A stretch of DNA of 62,756 nt, filler included, from Hausera hauseri (GCA_046269625.1; 13 parts of 13 records of this genome joined end to end with filler, not necessarily neighbours in it); one strand, 5' to 3'; positions 13,455-27,230 are shown, numbered from the whole stretch's first letter. Numbers and translations: made by a program. Notes: generated by a model from the sequence alone, not told the origin.

Positions 13455-14927
13455 TTGTCACCCATATCCTTTTGAAAAAAATGTAAAATAAAATAAAATT
13501 CATGGAAATAGTTGCTGTTTTCCCGCTTTTTTGCAACTTCAACAGTTATAAGCGGGTTCTTACTAAAGATCAAATTTTCAATTCCAAGTCACTTAATCTG
13601 TTGTTTTTGAAGTCCCAATATTGGCCAATAAATCCCACTAACCTTTTACTGAAAGTCTGAGTTTTCAAAGTACAAAATTTTATGCTGATTAATAATATGG
13701 AAACAATTTTTGCAAATGAAGATAAGATTTTGGAATACAGGCTTCGAAATGTTACGTCATTTCGCACTTCTTCAATTCCCCCCCCCCACTAAAATGCACA
13801 TAAATTTTAAAATTTCGTAAACTTTCGTTCATGTTTGCAACCAATATTTTACTAAGTTCGGATTTCCAGTTTGTCGTTCATGTTATGTCAAAGATGTTGC
13901 TTCCTTCTATAAAAATATTAACCGTTACGCATGAATGATGACATGTTACGAGTCAAATATCAGATGGATATTTATTAGGTCGACAGAACAAAGAAAACGC
14001 AATTAGTCAAATATGAAGGATGACATGGAGGATAAGTTAATGTTTGTCGATATCTGCTTGAAGTTTTAATTTAATGTAATTTTCATTAANNNNNNNNNNN
14101 NNNNNNNNNNNNNNNNNNNNNNNNNNNNNNNNNTTAATTAATTAANNNNNNNNNNNNNNNNNNNNNNNNNNNNNNNNNNNNNNNNNNNNTTTTTACTTAT
14201 TCAGAAATACTTTTGCATTCTTCATTAATCATAATGCATTTACATGAATTCTGCATTTTGATCAAATGTACAAGGTACAGTTGTTACTGGTAAAAATCTT
14301 TTGTAAAATATTTCTCCATTTACAGAAATATCCGCGAGCTTTTCAACACTTTTTTTCAAACTTTCCTTCACGTTTCGGCTGGCAATCATCCTCAAATTAT
14401 CTTCCAATCTTGGATAATTTGGTATTTCGGTATTGTATGTTGGTTGGGGTTTTTCTGGTAAGTAATCAAAATCACACTAATAACAAATTATAAGGTGATT
14501 AAAAATAAACATTAAGCATTACCTTTATTTCATCACTAGATAATAACGTACAAAATGGAGATTCTTTTTTTCTTTTCTGTTTATTTAAATGTCATACTCA
14601 CATTTTGTTCATGACCCCTTTTGCTCATATAAGACAATGACTTGACCACCAAATTACCCTGACTTCATGTGACTGGGGGACAATAAATAAGTACCACTCG
14701 GGGATAAAAATGTGTCAATTACGGATTCGCCCTATTATGAATAAAAAATTAGTGTAAAATTGACTTTTGTTTAAATACGTCAATTTATTTAAGTGGTTGG
14801 TGAGCTTTGATCCAGAACTTCCATTCTTCCACTATTAATATTACCTAAATATACTATTTATTTATTGTTATTTTATTCACACAAAAGCTAAATATTGTTA
14901 CAATTGTATACAAGTAGAAAAGTTCTA

Positions 14928-16650
14928 CTACCAAACATACACATTAAGGTAAATATATACGCTTAGAGATTTTTCTAGAATTTTCAACCTGTGGGCAATC
15001 TCGCCTGATGCTCCAACAGTAGTCAGCCATAATATGTACATGCCATCTACCTGATACCGTGTCTCCATGATCTTCAAATCTTGATGAAATCGTTCATCTT
15101 GCTCATCACTGACTGCACCAAGGTTTTCCATGAAATCAGCAAGATGGCTGTGCAGAAAATGCATTTTAATTCTCATGTTGCAACCAAGCATTTTGAAGCT
15201 CTCCAAGAGTTTCTGAACAATTTCAGTGTAGTTCTGTGCTCGTATATTTCCAAGAAAGTCCTTGACAGAGTTTTTGAATGACAACCAAGCAGTATTTTGG
15301 AGTTCTGACACACCACCTTTTATCTTTTCATATGACAGGTTAGGAAATTCCAAAATGACATACTTGAAACAGTTTCCTTCAGTAGTCAAAGCTTTAACAA
15401 ATTGCTTCATGAGACCTAGTTTTATGTGCAGAAGTGGAAATATAATGTTCTTTCTGTCAACAAGTGGCTTATGTAGAATGTTTGAATCACCAGGTTTGAG
15501 GTCTGATTTTGGAGGCCAATTCGATTCCACAGATCAACAGATCAATGACTCGTTTTGTCTTAAAATTTTTCACGTAAACAAACTGAATAACCAATTGGGA
15601 CTGTATCAAATAAATAGCCATTATAGAGGCGAACACTTCAAATTCCGCTTTGAGCTATCGGTGAACAGTCGCCGTTCAGTTAGATTAGGATTTCTAATTC
15701 CCCCATTAAACCATATATGTTATGGCAATACTCAAAGCCACCGTCACTTTGAAAGTACTGCAGAAATGTACTTTCTCTTGATCGAAAGTAGTATACCTTC
15801 GCTCCTTTTTCAAGCAAGTTTTTCTCGTTCTGTCTTGGTGCTAGGAGTTATGAAGACTTGTTTGGATGGCCTCATATTTCGTGCCAAATCATTCAACACA
15901 TGTTGATCAAATCCCCTACGAACTGAGTCGTCTTCAATTTCAAAATCGTCAGCTCTTCGCCATAATATTTTCGAAACAGGGTTGGTCAGTGAAAACTTGC
16001 ACTGGAATTTCTGCTGAATGAGGCACTGAGCGTTTTCACTATCCAAAAGTAACAATCATCTGAATGATCTCTGGCCTGTCGCAAAACCATAGGTATTCCA
16101 AATGGCAATTTATCACGTGTTCCCTTTGTCCACATCCGTAAACTCTCGACACACTGCTTGCCCAAGACTTTACTTTAAATATGCAAAATAAACTTGTCTG
16201 ACAAATGCGCTGATGTGTGTCCTTTGTTTGCGATTGGTGAAACTATCACAGATATAACAAAATGAATCAGAGTTGCTTAGGCACTTATGGCGAGAAATAG
16301 CTAACTCCTTGTATACGTACAAGAAGTCGGACTACACTTTAGAAATGACATCATAATCCTGAGTTTAGTGGAAGATGTTGGATAAATGTAGATAAGATGT
16401 AATGTATGTTGACACATGTATGAATGCAGCATGTCATGGAGGACTATAAAACTTGGTGGAAACATGGAGGTTTGCTATCAGCCAATAGGAAGGCACTAGT
16501 GATTCCTTTCCAGCCTTGAGTGGTCGCATTAAGATAAGATGTAGGGAAAAAGTTGACGTGATAGAAGAAAATTAACAACAGTTTTGAAATCATGTCTATT
16601 TAAATCTGAAAAATCGAATTCAACAGGAATTATATAAAAATTGTTGGAGA
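14928..16650 (-). mobile_element. Decayed Chapaev-like (RAG1/Transib-related) DNA transposon
   Basis: N-terminal HKCLSNSDSFCYICD zinc motif (about 16250-16290), then LHIKLGLMKQFVKAL, KMHFLHSHL, LGAVSDEQDERFHQD, ADYCWSI. Internal deletions. Subfamily call is from memory of motifs. Confidence 0.65.
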
Positions 16651-16854
16651 AAATTAGAAAGCTCGGTCATGTGCACCGATAGGGGAGGGGCATGTCATGC
16701 AAAGTTACAAAATGACAAAATATGATGTATAAAAATAACCAGTAGTTCATGTAAATACGTACGGTTTATTGACATTTACGAGATGTTTATGGGCAGCAAT
16801 TGCGATTATTTGTACAAACTGGTGCTGGCCGAACTAATAGCATTCCACATTTAG

Positions 16855-17229
16855 AATGACCAACACCAGTCAGACAATTGTGATAAAGACCTAGATTGCC
16901 TCGTAAAATGGTCAAAAACAGCGCTGGAATCCAAACCGGCATTCAAAGATGTAGATATCGAAACGCTAATAGAACTGCTGATATCAGTTGAGTCACCGTA
17001 TGAAGTCGAGGCCATGCTTCGAGAGAACGTACCAGATTTTGATAGCAGCTCAGAATTTCTCAAAGTATTCCTGGAGAAACGAAGGCCAGTCAGACAGAAA
17101 CTGATGGACGAAGGTCAGAAAAAAAAGGGCAAGAGCCAATCATCAAAAAACGGTGATGCCGGCAAATGGCAGATGAGGCCGAAGAATCCCGGTTCAACAA
17201 AGAGAAAGAGGAAAAACAATAAAAACTAA
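16855..17229 (+). CDS. Terminal coding exon of a GIGYF1/2 (PERQ)-like gene
   Basis: Branch point CTAAT then TTAG acceptor ending at 16854. In-frame VKWSKTAL...DVDIETLIELLISVESPYEVEAMLRE...SEFLKVFLEKRR matches GIGYF C-terminal 'DVPTFV.FLKEVESPYEV...EFAKQFLERR'. Confidence 0.7.
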   Translation, partial: NDQHQSDNCDKDLDCLVKWSKTALESKPAFKDVDIETLIELLISVESPYEVEAMLRENVPDFDSSSEFLKVFLEKRRPVRQKLMDEGQKKKGKSQSSKNGDAGKWQMRPKNPGSTKRKRKNNKN

Positions 17230-18379
17230 ATTGTTATTCTTTAATTTGGAAGTTGCGTGATGTTCATTTGTTTCTTCGTTGAAATTACCTAAGGTCCTGG
17301 CGTTGACTGTGAGTGGGGTATAGAGATAAATAATTCTATGGTCTAGCCGGTAGTGCCATCCGTGTCCGTGCGCTTACTGGGTTCGTTCGTTCGTTTTTGT
17401 TTTGTCTCTCTGTGCAGTCGTGTTTAACAAGGGTTCTCAAAATTCGTACATTGAACGAACATAGGCACGTATGTACGTACGTTGAGTCACCCATTGATAG
17501 TTGCAGTAAGGTAAACATGGACTTGTGTGTTTATCAGCCACCGTTGAGCGATTGCATTATTATTTATGTATTTTACCAACCGATAATGTGTCAATCAATA
17601 ATTCACCATCGACCAACGGTTTGACTGTGTTTGTGTGCGTGTATGTGTGTGTCTGTGTCTGTCTGTCCACGTTACGGTATTCGATGAGACGCAATAAATT
17701 TTTTCTTCGGGATTTTGTTTTTCTTCCAATTCCTGTTGATTCTCACCGTTGCGGGTTTCCGACTGATTTCAAGTTGACTTTCGAATTAATTTACGATTAC
17801 GAAAAATATGATGTTACGAATTGATGTTAATTTCATTTTCATAATTATTAATGAAGGTGGAAAATAATGAAAATGTTTTCATTGACTAATTTTTATGAAG
17901 TCATGTTCAGTTTACTCAATGCCATTTCGTCAAATAACTAATTGATACGTAGGCGTTTATAAAATGGCAGATCTAAAATAGAATCTCATTGAAATGTAAT
18001 TTTAGAAATATTTTCTAATTTATCGGTAATTTTGCGTCACTTTAATGACGTAATTCAGCAAGATGTAAAATTAAATTATGTGGATTATTGCAAGATGACG
18101 TACGTATGTGACATAGGGTTTCGAAATTTTATCCCAAAAATTTATCTCAGGACTTATTTTTCAATCCCCAAAACATACGTGAATCTTAGCTTAGACTTCT
18201 GTTATTTTAATGTGTTGACCTTAAATCGAAATAAAATGATAATGCTTAGTAAAAATTAATATAACTCATTTAACATTGGCAATCCGGTGTTTTATCACCA
18301 AGGATTAATCCTGGTTTCCACTGACAGTTCGTTATCATTTATACTATTAAAATCGAGCGACCAATTCAATTCTTTCTCT

Positions 18380-18689
18380 TAGAGAATTACTGATTTCTTC
18401 TTGGAGTCGTTATTCTACATTAAAATCGTTATCTGAAAGATCAACGTCTGAATCATCAGTATTATCGTCGTAGTCAAAATGAACCGGCTTTATTTTCAGT
18501 TTTCCCACATATTAGATAAAATTACTTGCATTTGTTGACTTGTGTGGATTACGTAAAAATTCAGAATTGTGAAGCCCGTGATTTTCATTCAGTTGAAAGA
18601 CCCGTAAGAGCGAAATAAATTATCGCCTCTGCTACAATCAAGTTAGTATTTCTTCGATACAGTGCTTCCACAGCTGCCTTCAAAGATTT
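18380..18689 (-). mobile_element. hAT transposase C-terminal fragment
   Basis: KSLKAAVEALYRRNTNLIVAEAIIYFAL resembles hAT 'K.AVEALCRRDA.LL.AE'. Cut by the contig end. Confidence 0.45.
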
Positions 18690-18789
18690 NNNNNNNNNNN
18701 NNNNNNNNNNNNNNNNNNNNNNNNNNNNNNNNNTTAATTAATTAANNNNNNNNNNNNNNNNNNNNNNNNNNNNNNNNNNNNNNNNNNNN

Positions 18790-19200
18790 TAAGTCTGAGT
18801 CAGCCAGGAATCCTATGATACCGTAAGTGGGAATATGTATATTTATGTTTGATTTCCGTTTGGCAATATATCCATCTTGATCAGGGGTTTTAATACCACG
18901 GAAGAAGTGTAAGAAGTATTGTATCGCAGTAGACAACATATTTTACGGTGTTTTTCCGGGATTGAACAAATGGTCAATACATTATCTGATGATGTAAATA
19001 CAAGTTTTATTTCGTGTCGCGGATAAACTGGTAAAGGCGTTCTGAAGCAAATACTAGGTTTGCTTTTATTTACATGTGTAATGGTTGTACGTGGATCAAT
19101 TCAGTATTGTTATCTGCAGCGGCTGAGTTTCAACAACGCAAAAAAAACAAATAAAACCATACCGAAGTATTTACCCGAAATGAGGTGAACTCGGTAACCA
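18790..19200 (-). pseudogene. Possible envelope-like ORF downstream of Gypsy integrase
   Basis: Hydrophobic signal-like start, Cys-containing pieces and QYFLHFFRGIK, in the env position. Frameshifted. Confidence 0.3.
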
Positions 19201-19345
19201 TTAGATTCATGACTATTTATATCTTTTCTCAGAGTCAAAACTGCTACTTTTAATTTTACCGTTTCTGGTGATTCTAACTCTGTTTTTTAAAGTCATTGTA
19301 CGAAGAGGGAGCTCTCGTAACTCTTTGTATGGATACGGCTTCGTA

Positions 19346-22300
19346 TTAGTTTGATTCTTTTTGGATAAAAATTGTTTGTGGGCGTACATCCACGACTTTA
19401 TATGGTCCCTGACCTGTGCGTGTCAGTTTCAACGATTTTCCTCTCTTTACAGCGGTATAATGTATCATTACACAATCACCAATTTTGTAAGTATGTGGAC
19501 GTGCCTTTTTATTAAAATGCTTCTTGTAACCGGCTTTGTATTTGCGCTCAAATTCTTTACATTCCTTTTGAAAATACTCAAGTCGCTTAAGTAAATCTTG
19601 GTATAGTACATCCATATGGTCACTCGGTTTCAAGGAAGATGGTAGTAATTCAGTATCTAATGGTAGTAATGATAATCGTCCGAACATTAATTCAAATGGC
19701 GAATGATTGGTGCTTTTCGTAGGTGTATTGTTTATCGCGAATGCAGTTGTTTTTAAATGTTGGTGCCAATATTTCTGATCATGGGTGACTTTTGTGGACA
19801 GGATACCTTGAATTGTTCGATTCATCCGTTCAACCATACCATTACATTGTGAATGGTAGGATGTAGTTAACAGGTGTTTGCATTTGAAAATCTTTGTTAA
19901 TTTCTCGAAAAATCCGCTGATAAAATATGGTGCTCGGTCAGTTAACAATTGCTTCGGCATGACTAATATGGATATTATTTCATAGAAAAAGGCTTCTATA
20001 ACAGTACTGCTTGTCATATTTTTCAATTGGACCAAAACGACGTATCTCGAATAATAATCTACGAGTGACACAATATATTTATATCCTGAATCGGATGTTG
20101 GGAAAGGTCCCAAAATGTACATTGAACAAACTTCCATAGGTTGTCGTGTTTCAGGAAGGCTTACTAGAAATGGTTTGGCACAAAATCCTCTATCTTTTCG
20201 AGTTGCACACATTTTGCAAGAGTGTACCCATCCTTAAATTTGTTTGTTCATCTGAGGCCAATAATATTTTGCGGTTATACGCCTTAGTGTTTTATTTAGA
20301 GATGGATGACCTGCTAGATGCGAATCGTGTTCTTGTAACATCACATATTTAATCGCTATATTAGGTACGATTATGAGTTTTCGTTCTCCGACATTGAGTT
20401 TTAAAATGCCATTTTCAATTTCTAATTGTTCTCTACGTTTTTCATAAAATTTCTGAATTTGACTTGATACTTGCTCAGCCATATATCCATTTACTATTTG
20501 TTTGACTTGTACAATAAATGGGTCTTGATTTTGTAAGGTTTCGATATTTCGAACCTGAACTTGTCGTTGTTCCTGTAACATGTCATTAATAATTTTCTCG
20601 TTTAATTGTCTGTCTTTCTCTTTATCCATTGATTTATATACAGCAGCTACTATTTTTTGTAAGGTAATATCGAAATTGCGTCTGCATCCGTGTTTTCTTT
20701 CACAGGTATATATTTATATTCGATGTCGTAATTTAAAAGCTCTAACTTCCATCTTTGGAGTCGGCTTGATATATGTCTGTTATCTGAGCGCAATGAAAGT
20801 AATGCTTTGTGGTCAGTGTATACTATGATTTTATATCCATGGACGTAATATTCAGTGACGTAGTCCATCACGTATTGCTGACAGTTCTAACTCCGTAGTG
20901 GAATACTTTCTTTCGGCGTTATTTAGACTATGTCCTCCATAAGCAATTACGTGTTCAATTAACTCATCTTGACTTTGTTGCGCTAGTATGTAACTAATCG
21001 CTTTTGTGCTGATGTCCGTCTTTAAAATGAATGGTAAGGAGAAATCTGGATATCTCAATACTGGTGCTGATACCAACCGCCGTTTAATTTCATCGAATGC
21101 TTCTTGATTTTCTTCGGTCCACTCACATTTCTGATCTTTCTTCAACAGCCTATACTGTGGCTGATTAATTTCGGCAAAATTTTCAATGAAGGTGGCGCAA
21201 AGTCCTCCTAATCCTTAGCCACGCTGTCATCTCGTGGACACTGGTAGGCGGGGGATACTCCAATATCTTGGATATTAAATTAGGACTTGTCGATATCCCT
21301 TGGTTTGAGACTACAAATCCTAGATATCTGAATTCAAATTTGCACCATTCGCACTTTTTGAGTTCAACTTTAATTTGGCAGTTCTAATTCGATCGAATAC
21401 NNNNNNNNNNTTGTGATGCGATTGGAATGTCATCTATATACGATAAACCACGTACCCCTTTTAAAACTAAACGAATGACGTCTTGGAAAAGGGTCGATGC
21501 TATCTTTAGACCGAAGGGCATACGCGTAAATTGATAAACTCCTGGGTGTGTTTTAAATGCTGTTTTCCAACGATCTTTTTCGGCTACTGGGATCTGTCAG
21601 AATCCACTTTGCAAATCCAATGTGGTGAAGTATTTACAGTTCTTCAATTCATCAATAATGTCTCGGATAGGTGGTATCGAATAAGCATGATTCATTAAAT
21701 GATTATTCAATGTAACGTAATTCACACACAAACGGTGTTTCGTATTATTGGCTTTCTTTGACATAACTATAGGCGATGGCCATAGTGATTGACTAGGCTT
21801 AGTGATACTTTTATCCAGCATTGCCTGTATTTGTTCCTCAACTTCCTTTTGGGGTGCTTTTGGAGGTAGATACCACTTTGTAATAGGTTGTTGCAATAAA
21901 TCTGTTTCCTTTCCTGTCTGAAGATCAATCAAAAGGGACTATTTGGATTCAACTAAGTCGGTTCGTCCAATATCAGTTTCATCTTTTGTGAATATGTCAA
22001 TATGTTCATAAATTAATTCAGAGAAATGATCTAAATGTTCAACTAATAAATTGTTCTTCGCTTTTGCGAGAACAGTGTCGAGCGTATCTTCTACTGTCTT
22101 TTCTTTATCAAAAGAAATTGTAGCAAGATTTTCGTCAATTTCCGCATGACGAACTGTTTCCTATGCTTGTCCAATTTTCATTTTCGGAAATAATGTAATA
22201 TATTTTGGTGATGGATTCAGTACCTCAATAGGGGTTGTTCCTCCGATTGTATTGACACAGTAGTGTGGTAATATAAGTCCATTTAAAAGAATTTCAGGTA

Positions 22301-22400
22301 CGAATTCAATAGTACTGTTGTCTGGAAATTTTGTTCTAGCATGAATAACCATCTTAGAATTCGGGGTATTTTCTAAGTGTGACCTATCCAAAAATCCGTT
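19346..22400 (-). mobile_element. Ty3/Gypsy LTR retrotransposon pol (RT-RNase H-integrase), frameshifted
   Basis: RT: PSQSLWPSPIVM, RLCVNY..LN, FTTLDLQSGF, RMPFGL, YIDD. RNase H: LRYPDFSLPFILKTD, ERKYSTTELE, VYTDHKAL, SRLQRW. Integrase: HDSHLAGH, VDYYSRY, LTDRA, YHSQCNGMVERMNRT, GPY. Confidence 0.95.
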
Positions 22401-23879
22401 TTTTCATAATCTCTGGGTATGTCCTCATTATTAGGACAGATAGATCCTGATATAGTCGGACCCGATCCTCTGAATTGAAAAATTCAAAAAATTACATTTT
22501 GCCAATCATGAATCGTGCTCTTGACGCCAATAACGTTCAAATTCAAGAACATTCTCTTAAATTGCTACCCACCGCAGTTTCATATGATGTCATTCAGTAC
22601 GTTAAAAAAGATAAAAGTTTTCTGTCTCGTCTGTATAGGCAAGTTAATGGAACAGCGAAATTGTCAAATACATTGCCAACAGATTTATGATTGTTCCAAA
22701 ACAAAGTTAGTCCAACAGAAAAGCAAGTTATCCTTCAAACAAAGACATTATCCGAAGCTGTGAAAAGAAATTACAGTCAGATGGAGTTGGGAAAATTTCC
22801 GTCAGGAAGAAAAGGGACCAATTAGAAAACGAAATAGTTCCAAAAGTGACAAACGGAAAACGACCTCCGATAAAAATATAAATGACATTGAACAAATGTT
22901 CATTTCACTCACATCCGAACATTTTGAAAATAACAATTTGAGTTCTCCGCACAATATCGGGAAAACCGCATTGATTGCGGGTGGTATCTGGGGACTGTCT
23001 CGACTGCTATTAAATCGTTTGTAAATCCAACGGTTTCTAGATATTTTATTCTTGATTTACCCGTGACATTGTTTTTCTTTATTTGAATTTGAACTTCTTT
23101 ATGTGTATTTGATTATTTTCTTCCCACCTCGCAATTTCATTCGATTTATCATCTCCATTGTCTATCAACATGAAGACAGGAAATGACAAGTTATCTAATT
23201 CAGTCGATTTGTATCGTTACCATTTCATATCAAGATGAATATTTTTAACTGGAACAAAATTCTCCCTTTGCCTTCTGGGTATGTTACTATAATTAATTCA
23301 TTTCAGTATTTCCTATACCGTGATCTGATAAGGTTTCATCCGAATGAGATTTGTGCTATCATACGTTTTTCATCAAGGATCCTAGTGGCGGTGGTTACAA
23401 TTACGATTGTTAATAAAGCTCTCGAAGGCCCATTTCTTTTAATTGCAANNNNNNNNNNNNNNNNNNNNNNNNNNNNNNNNNNNNNNNNNNNNTTAATTAA
23501 TTAANNNNNNNNNNNNNNNNNNNNNNNNNNNNNNNNNNNNNNNNNNNNTATTTCCAAAATCACTTCAACGAATGATAAGTTTTTTAATTGTGCTCTTCAA
23601 ATAATTGGTTGATTTTAGATGTGCAAACTTTACAGCGAATGTTTGGCTCAAACCCACGAGCTGGAAAATTGCCACAGCGTTATGAAGAAGTACTTTGGCC
23701 ATATGTACAACAGGGTTCAGTATTATATATGCCTTACATGTGAGGTAGTGTGCCAAATCAATTATGAAGACTTTTAAAATGTCCATAAACAGCACTTGAT
23801 TTCTTTCACCAAGTCTAAAAAACAAATATACAGTACCAATATGCCAATAACGACTTTAAAGGAAAATCAAAGATGCAGT

Positions 23880-26800
23880 TCATATGTGTATTGCACATGT
23901 GTTATACACATCCCTCAAAATTGTCACAATACTATGAGGAGCTATTATGGACACAAATTCAATAGGATCATCTATTTCATCTTCCCAGGATGTCAGGCTG
24001 TAAGTGATGGAGAATACATACTGACAGACTGACTTCGCATCAAAGTCAAAAAAGATCATCTTTAATGAACATAAGCCAGTTGGACAACCTGCAGTACCAC
24101 GGCCTGCGGTACCACAGCCTGCAGTACCACAGCCTGCAATACCACAGCCTGCAGTACAGCCAGATGCAGGACTAAAATGCGCATCAGGCGTAGCGGCTCT
24201 ATCAAAGAGTCAAAGACAGCGTTTTGTTGATGCTGCAGCATTAAAGAGGAAATGCCACAAATATGTCATTGATGCAACTGGTCAAACAACCATCAAGGAG
24301 TTCCTGGAGTACACAGAGGAAGAAACAATAGGAATTCTCCAGGACAATATAGTTGAGCTCAAGGCCATTAAGGCTATTATGAAACTTGAGGCCACATACG
24401 TCAAAGTTGATGGCGAAGAGTCCAAAAGGGACTTCAAAACAAGAAATACGCCTATTTTTGAAGCCACCAATATAGTAGAATGGCTGCATGAAGAGCATGC
24501 GAAGCTGATCCGTGAAGCTGGTGAGAGCCAGAGTAAGAAGAGTAGATGAACTCTAGCAACCATCAAGAAATTGCTGGTGTATGTGCACAGATTCTCCCCC
24601 ATGCGGAGTAGTTCATATATTCAGCTCCCTGATTGGATGGCTAATAAAAAGCATGTGTCAATGTCCATAATAATGACAACATGTGTTTCATGTATGCCAT
24701 TATATCAAAACTCGTGCCTGATCAACATAATGCTTCACGAGTTTGCTAATATAAGTATGTGCAGCACAACTATGACTTCCAGTGTATCACATTCCTTATA
24801 TCGTTAGATGAAATTAATAAGTTCAGCCGAATCAACAATATATCCATCAATATCTTTGGATTGGATGAGGAAGACAAATTCTATCCCTTGCAGATATATA
24901 ATACTGAATAGGAAGATTATAGGGATCTGCTCCTACTGGACGATGGAGAAAAGAAACATATTTTTTGAGCCTCTAGTCAGATTCCAAATTACGAATCATC
25001 ATGGACAAATAGAAATATGTAAACGATGTCTGTCTCATTTCAGTGGTGATACAGCAGTGGACAAGCTTGCAGAGCACAAAATGTACTGCAACAACAATTG
25101 CTGTGTAAGACCAGAATTTCCCAAGGAGGACTATATTGAATTCAAGGAGTTCAAGAAGAAGATCAAGGTCCAAATAGTTATCTATTGCGACTTTGAAGCT
25201 ATTCTCCGGCCAACTCACAGCTGCACTCCCAGTCCTCAACATAGCAGCACAACGGCATACCAATATCATAAACTCTCATCGTATTGCATGTATGTCAAAG
25301 GACTAGTCAATGAACCATTTCTATTCAGGGGTCCAGACGCAGCAGCACATTTTATGAAGAGATTAGAAGACATGGCTCATAAGCTTGAAAAGATGCTTCA
25401 GCAGCATAAGGATAATATGAGCATGTCGTGGAAACAAGCTGAAGAATGGCGCAAGGCAACAGCATGTTACTTATGCAACAAGTCCTTCACCAAGGAAAAT
25501 CATAAGGTCAAGGATCATTGCCATTTTACAGGTGCATATCGAGGAGCAGCATGCAACAAATGCAATCTTCGCTGCAAAGCATGTACTTATGTGCCTGTAG
25601 TATTCCATAATTTCAGTAGCTATGATTCTCATTTCACAGTCCGAGAATTATACAAAATTGATGGTAATATAAATGTGATCCCAAACAGTGAGAAAAAAGA
25701 CATCACTTTCACTAAGCATGTGTGCAAAATCAAGTTTCGCTTCATAGAGAGTTTCCGTATCATCTCGTCGTCACTGGACAGTTTAATGAAGAACCGACCT
25801 GCAGAAGAACTCAGGAAGACAAAGAGGTTTGTTCCCACTGAATTTGACCTCGTCAAGAAGAAAGGCGTGTTTAATTATGACTACATAACCTCATGGGAAA
25901 CACTGGATAAGACCTTATTACCGGACAAGAAGGACTTTTACAGTATCCTTTCTGATTGCAATATCAGTGATGCTGACTACCAGCATGCTCAGAATATCTG
26001 GCATGCATTCCAATGCCGAACAATAGGGGAATACTGCGACATTTACCTAAAGACGGACGTGCTGCTGCTCACAAGGTGTTTGAGAGTTTCAGGAATGTCA
26101 CAATGAAGAGCCATGCTTTGGATTCGGTTTATTCCTTTACGGCTCCAGAGATGAGCTAGTCAGCTATGCTGATATACCGGCATAAGGCTACAGATCATCA
26201 AGGATTTAAAAATGATCCTTATAATCGAGAGAGGCATTAGAGGCGGAATATGCCAGGCTATTCACCGGTATAGCGAGCCAAACAACAAGTATATGGCCCA
26301 TTATGATCCATCCTAGGAATCCTCATATATATCACACTTGGATGCCAACAACTTGTATGAATGGGCAATGAGCATCCGATTGCCATATGATAACTTCAAA
26401 TGAGTCGAGAATAATGAAAACATCCCTATATTGGACATGGATGCCACTGGAGATACGGGATACATACTGGAGGTGGATATGAAATATCCGCATTCCATCC
26501 ACGCAAGGCATTAACAGCTGCCTTTCCTCCCTGAGAGCAGGTCACCGCCCCATAAAAAGCGGAGAAAGCTGCTCTGTCATCTGGGTAATAGGGAGAGGTA
26601 TGTAGTTCACTACATCGATCTCCAGCAGGCAGTTAGATATGGACTTTGTATTACCAAGATCCATAGAGCCTTCCAGTTCAGCCAGTCCATGTGGCTGCAG
26701 CCCTACATAGATCTGAATACCAAGCTGCGTACAAATGCCAAGAACGATTTTGAGAAGGACCAGTTCAAGCTTTACAACAACTCGGTCTTTGGCAAGACCA

Positions 26801-27113
26801 CGGAGAATATCCGGAACAGGATCAACATAGAACTGGTATGTGACTGGAAGCGAGCAAAGAAGCTTATTTCCAAGTCTAACTTCCACAGCAGCATCATATA
26901 TGCTGAGAACTTGTCAGCATCCATATGATGAAAACAGCATTGGTATTCAACAAGCCCATATATGTGGGTATTGCAATCCTCGACCTGTCAAAGACTCTGA
27001 TGTATCATTTCCACTACGACATCATGGTCCCCAAGTTCAAGTCCATGCAGCTGATGTATATTGATACTGATAGTTTCATCTATCAGATCCATACAGAGGG
27101 CATTTATGAGGAC
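23880..27113 (+). mobile_element. Maverick/Polinton protein-primed DNA polymerase B pseudogene (family A), interrupted at 27113
   Basis: SSYIQLPDW, YCDFEA, DHCHFTGAYRGAACNKCNL, VFHNFSSYDSHF, KKGVFNYDY, YLKTDV, GIRGG, DANNLY, KLYNNSVFGKT.ENIRNR, KPIYVGIAILDLSK, YIDTDSF. Stops and frameshifts. Confidence 0.93.
24088..24162 (+). repeat. 15-bp coding minisatellite, about 5 units, encoding (PAVPQ)n
   Basis: CCTGCAGTACCACAG-like units in the pPolB N-terminal region. Confidence 0.85.
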
Positions 27114-27223
27114 TGTGGTGCCCAAGGCGTCCGGTGCCCTCTGGTCTATTTAGTTGGACACGGCCGGGAGTCCGCCACCGCCGCGTCGGGCCCATAGGCG
27201 GGCCCCGATCTTCCGCCTAGAAA
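27114..27223 (+). mobile_element. 110-bp GC-rich head element, copy 1
   Basis: Ungapped 91/110 match to 32341-32450. Starts TGTGG exactly where pPolB (..IYED) breaks off. Contains the hairpin TCGGGCCC-ATAGGC-GGGCCCCGA. Confidence 0.9.
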
Positions 27224-27230
27224 TCATGAC

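Noticed and set aside
15262-15906. 214-aa plus-strand ORF
   Set aside because: Antisense shadow of the minus-strand transposase. The same applies to 3042-3545, 5977-6246 and similar overlapping ORFs.
27114-27223. Head element as 5S rRNA, tRNA-derived SINE or HDV-like ribozyme
   Set aside because: Only a short CGTCGGGCCC resemblance to 5S, no Pol III A/B boxes, and I could not build the HDV nested pseudoknot by eye. An Rfam search is needed for a firm answer.
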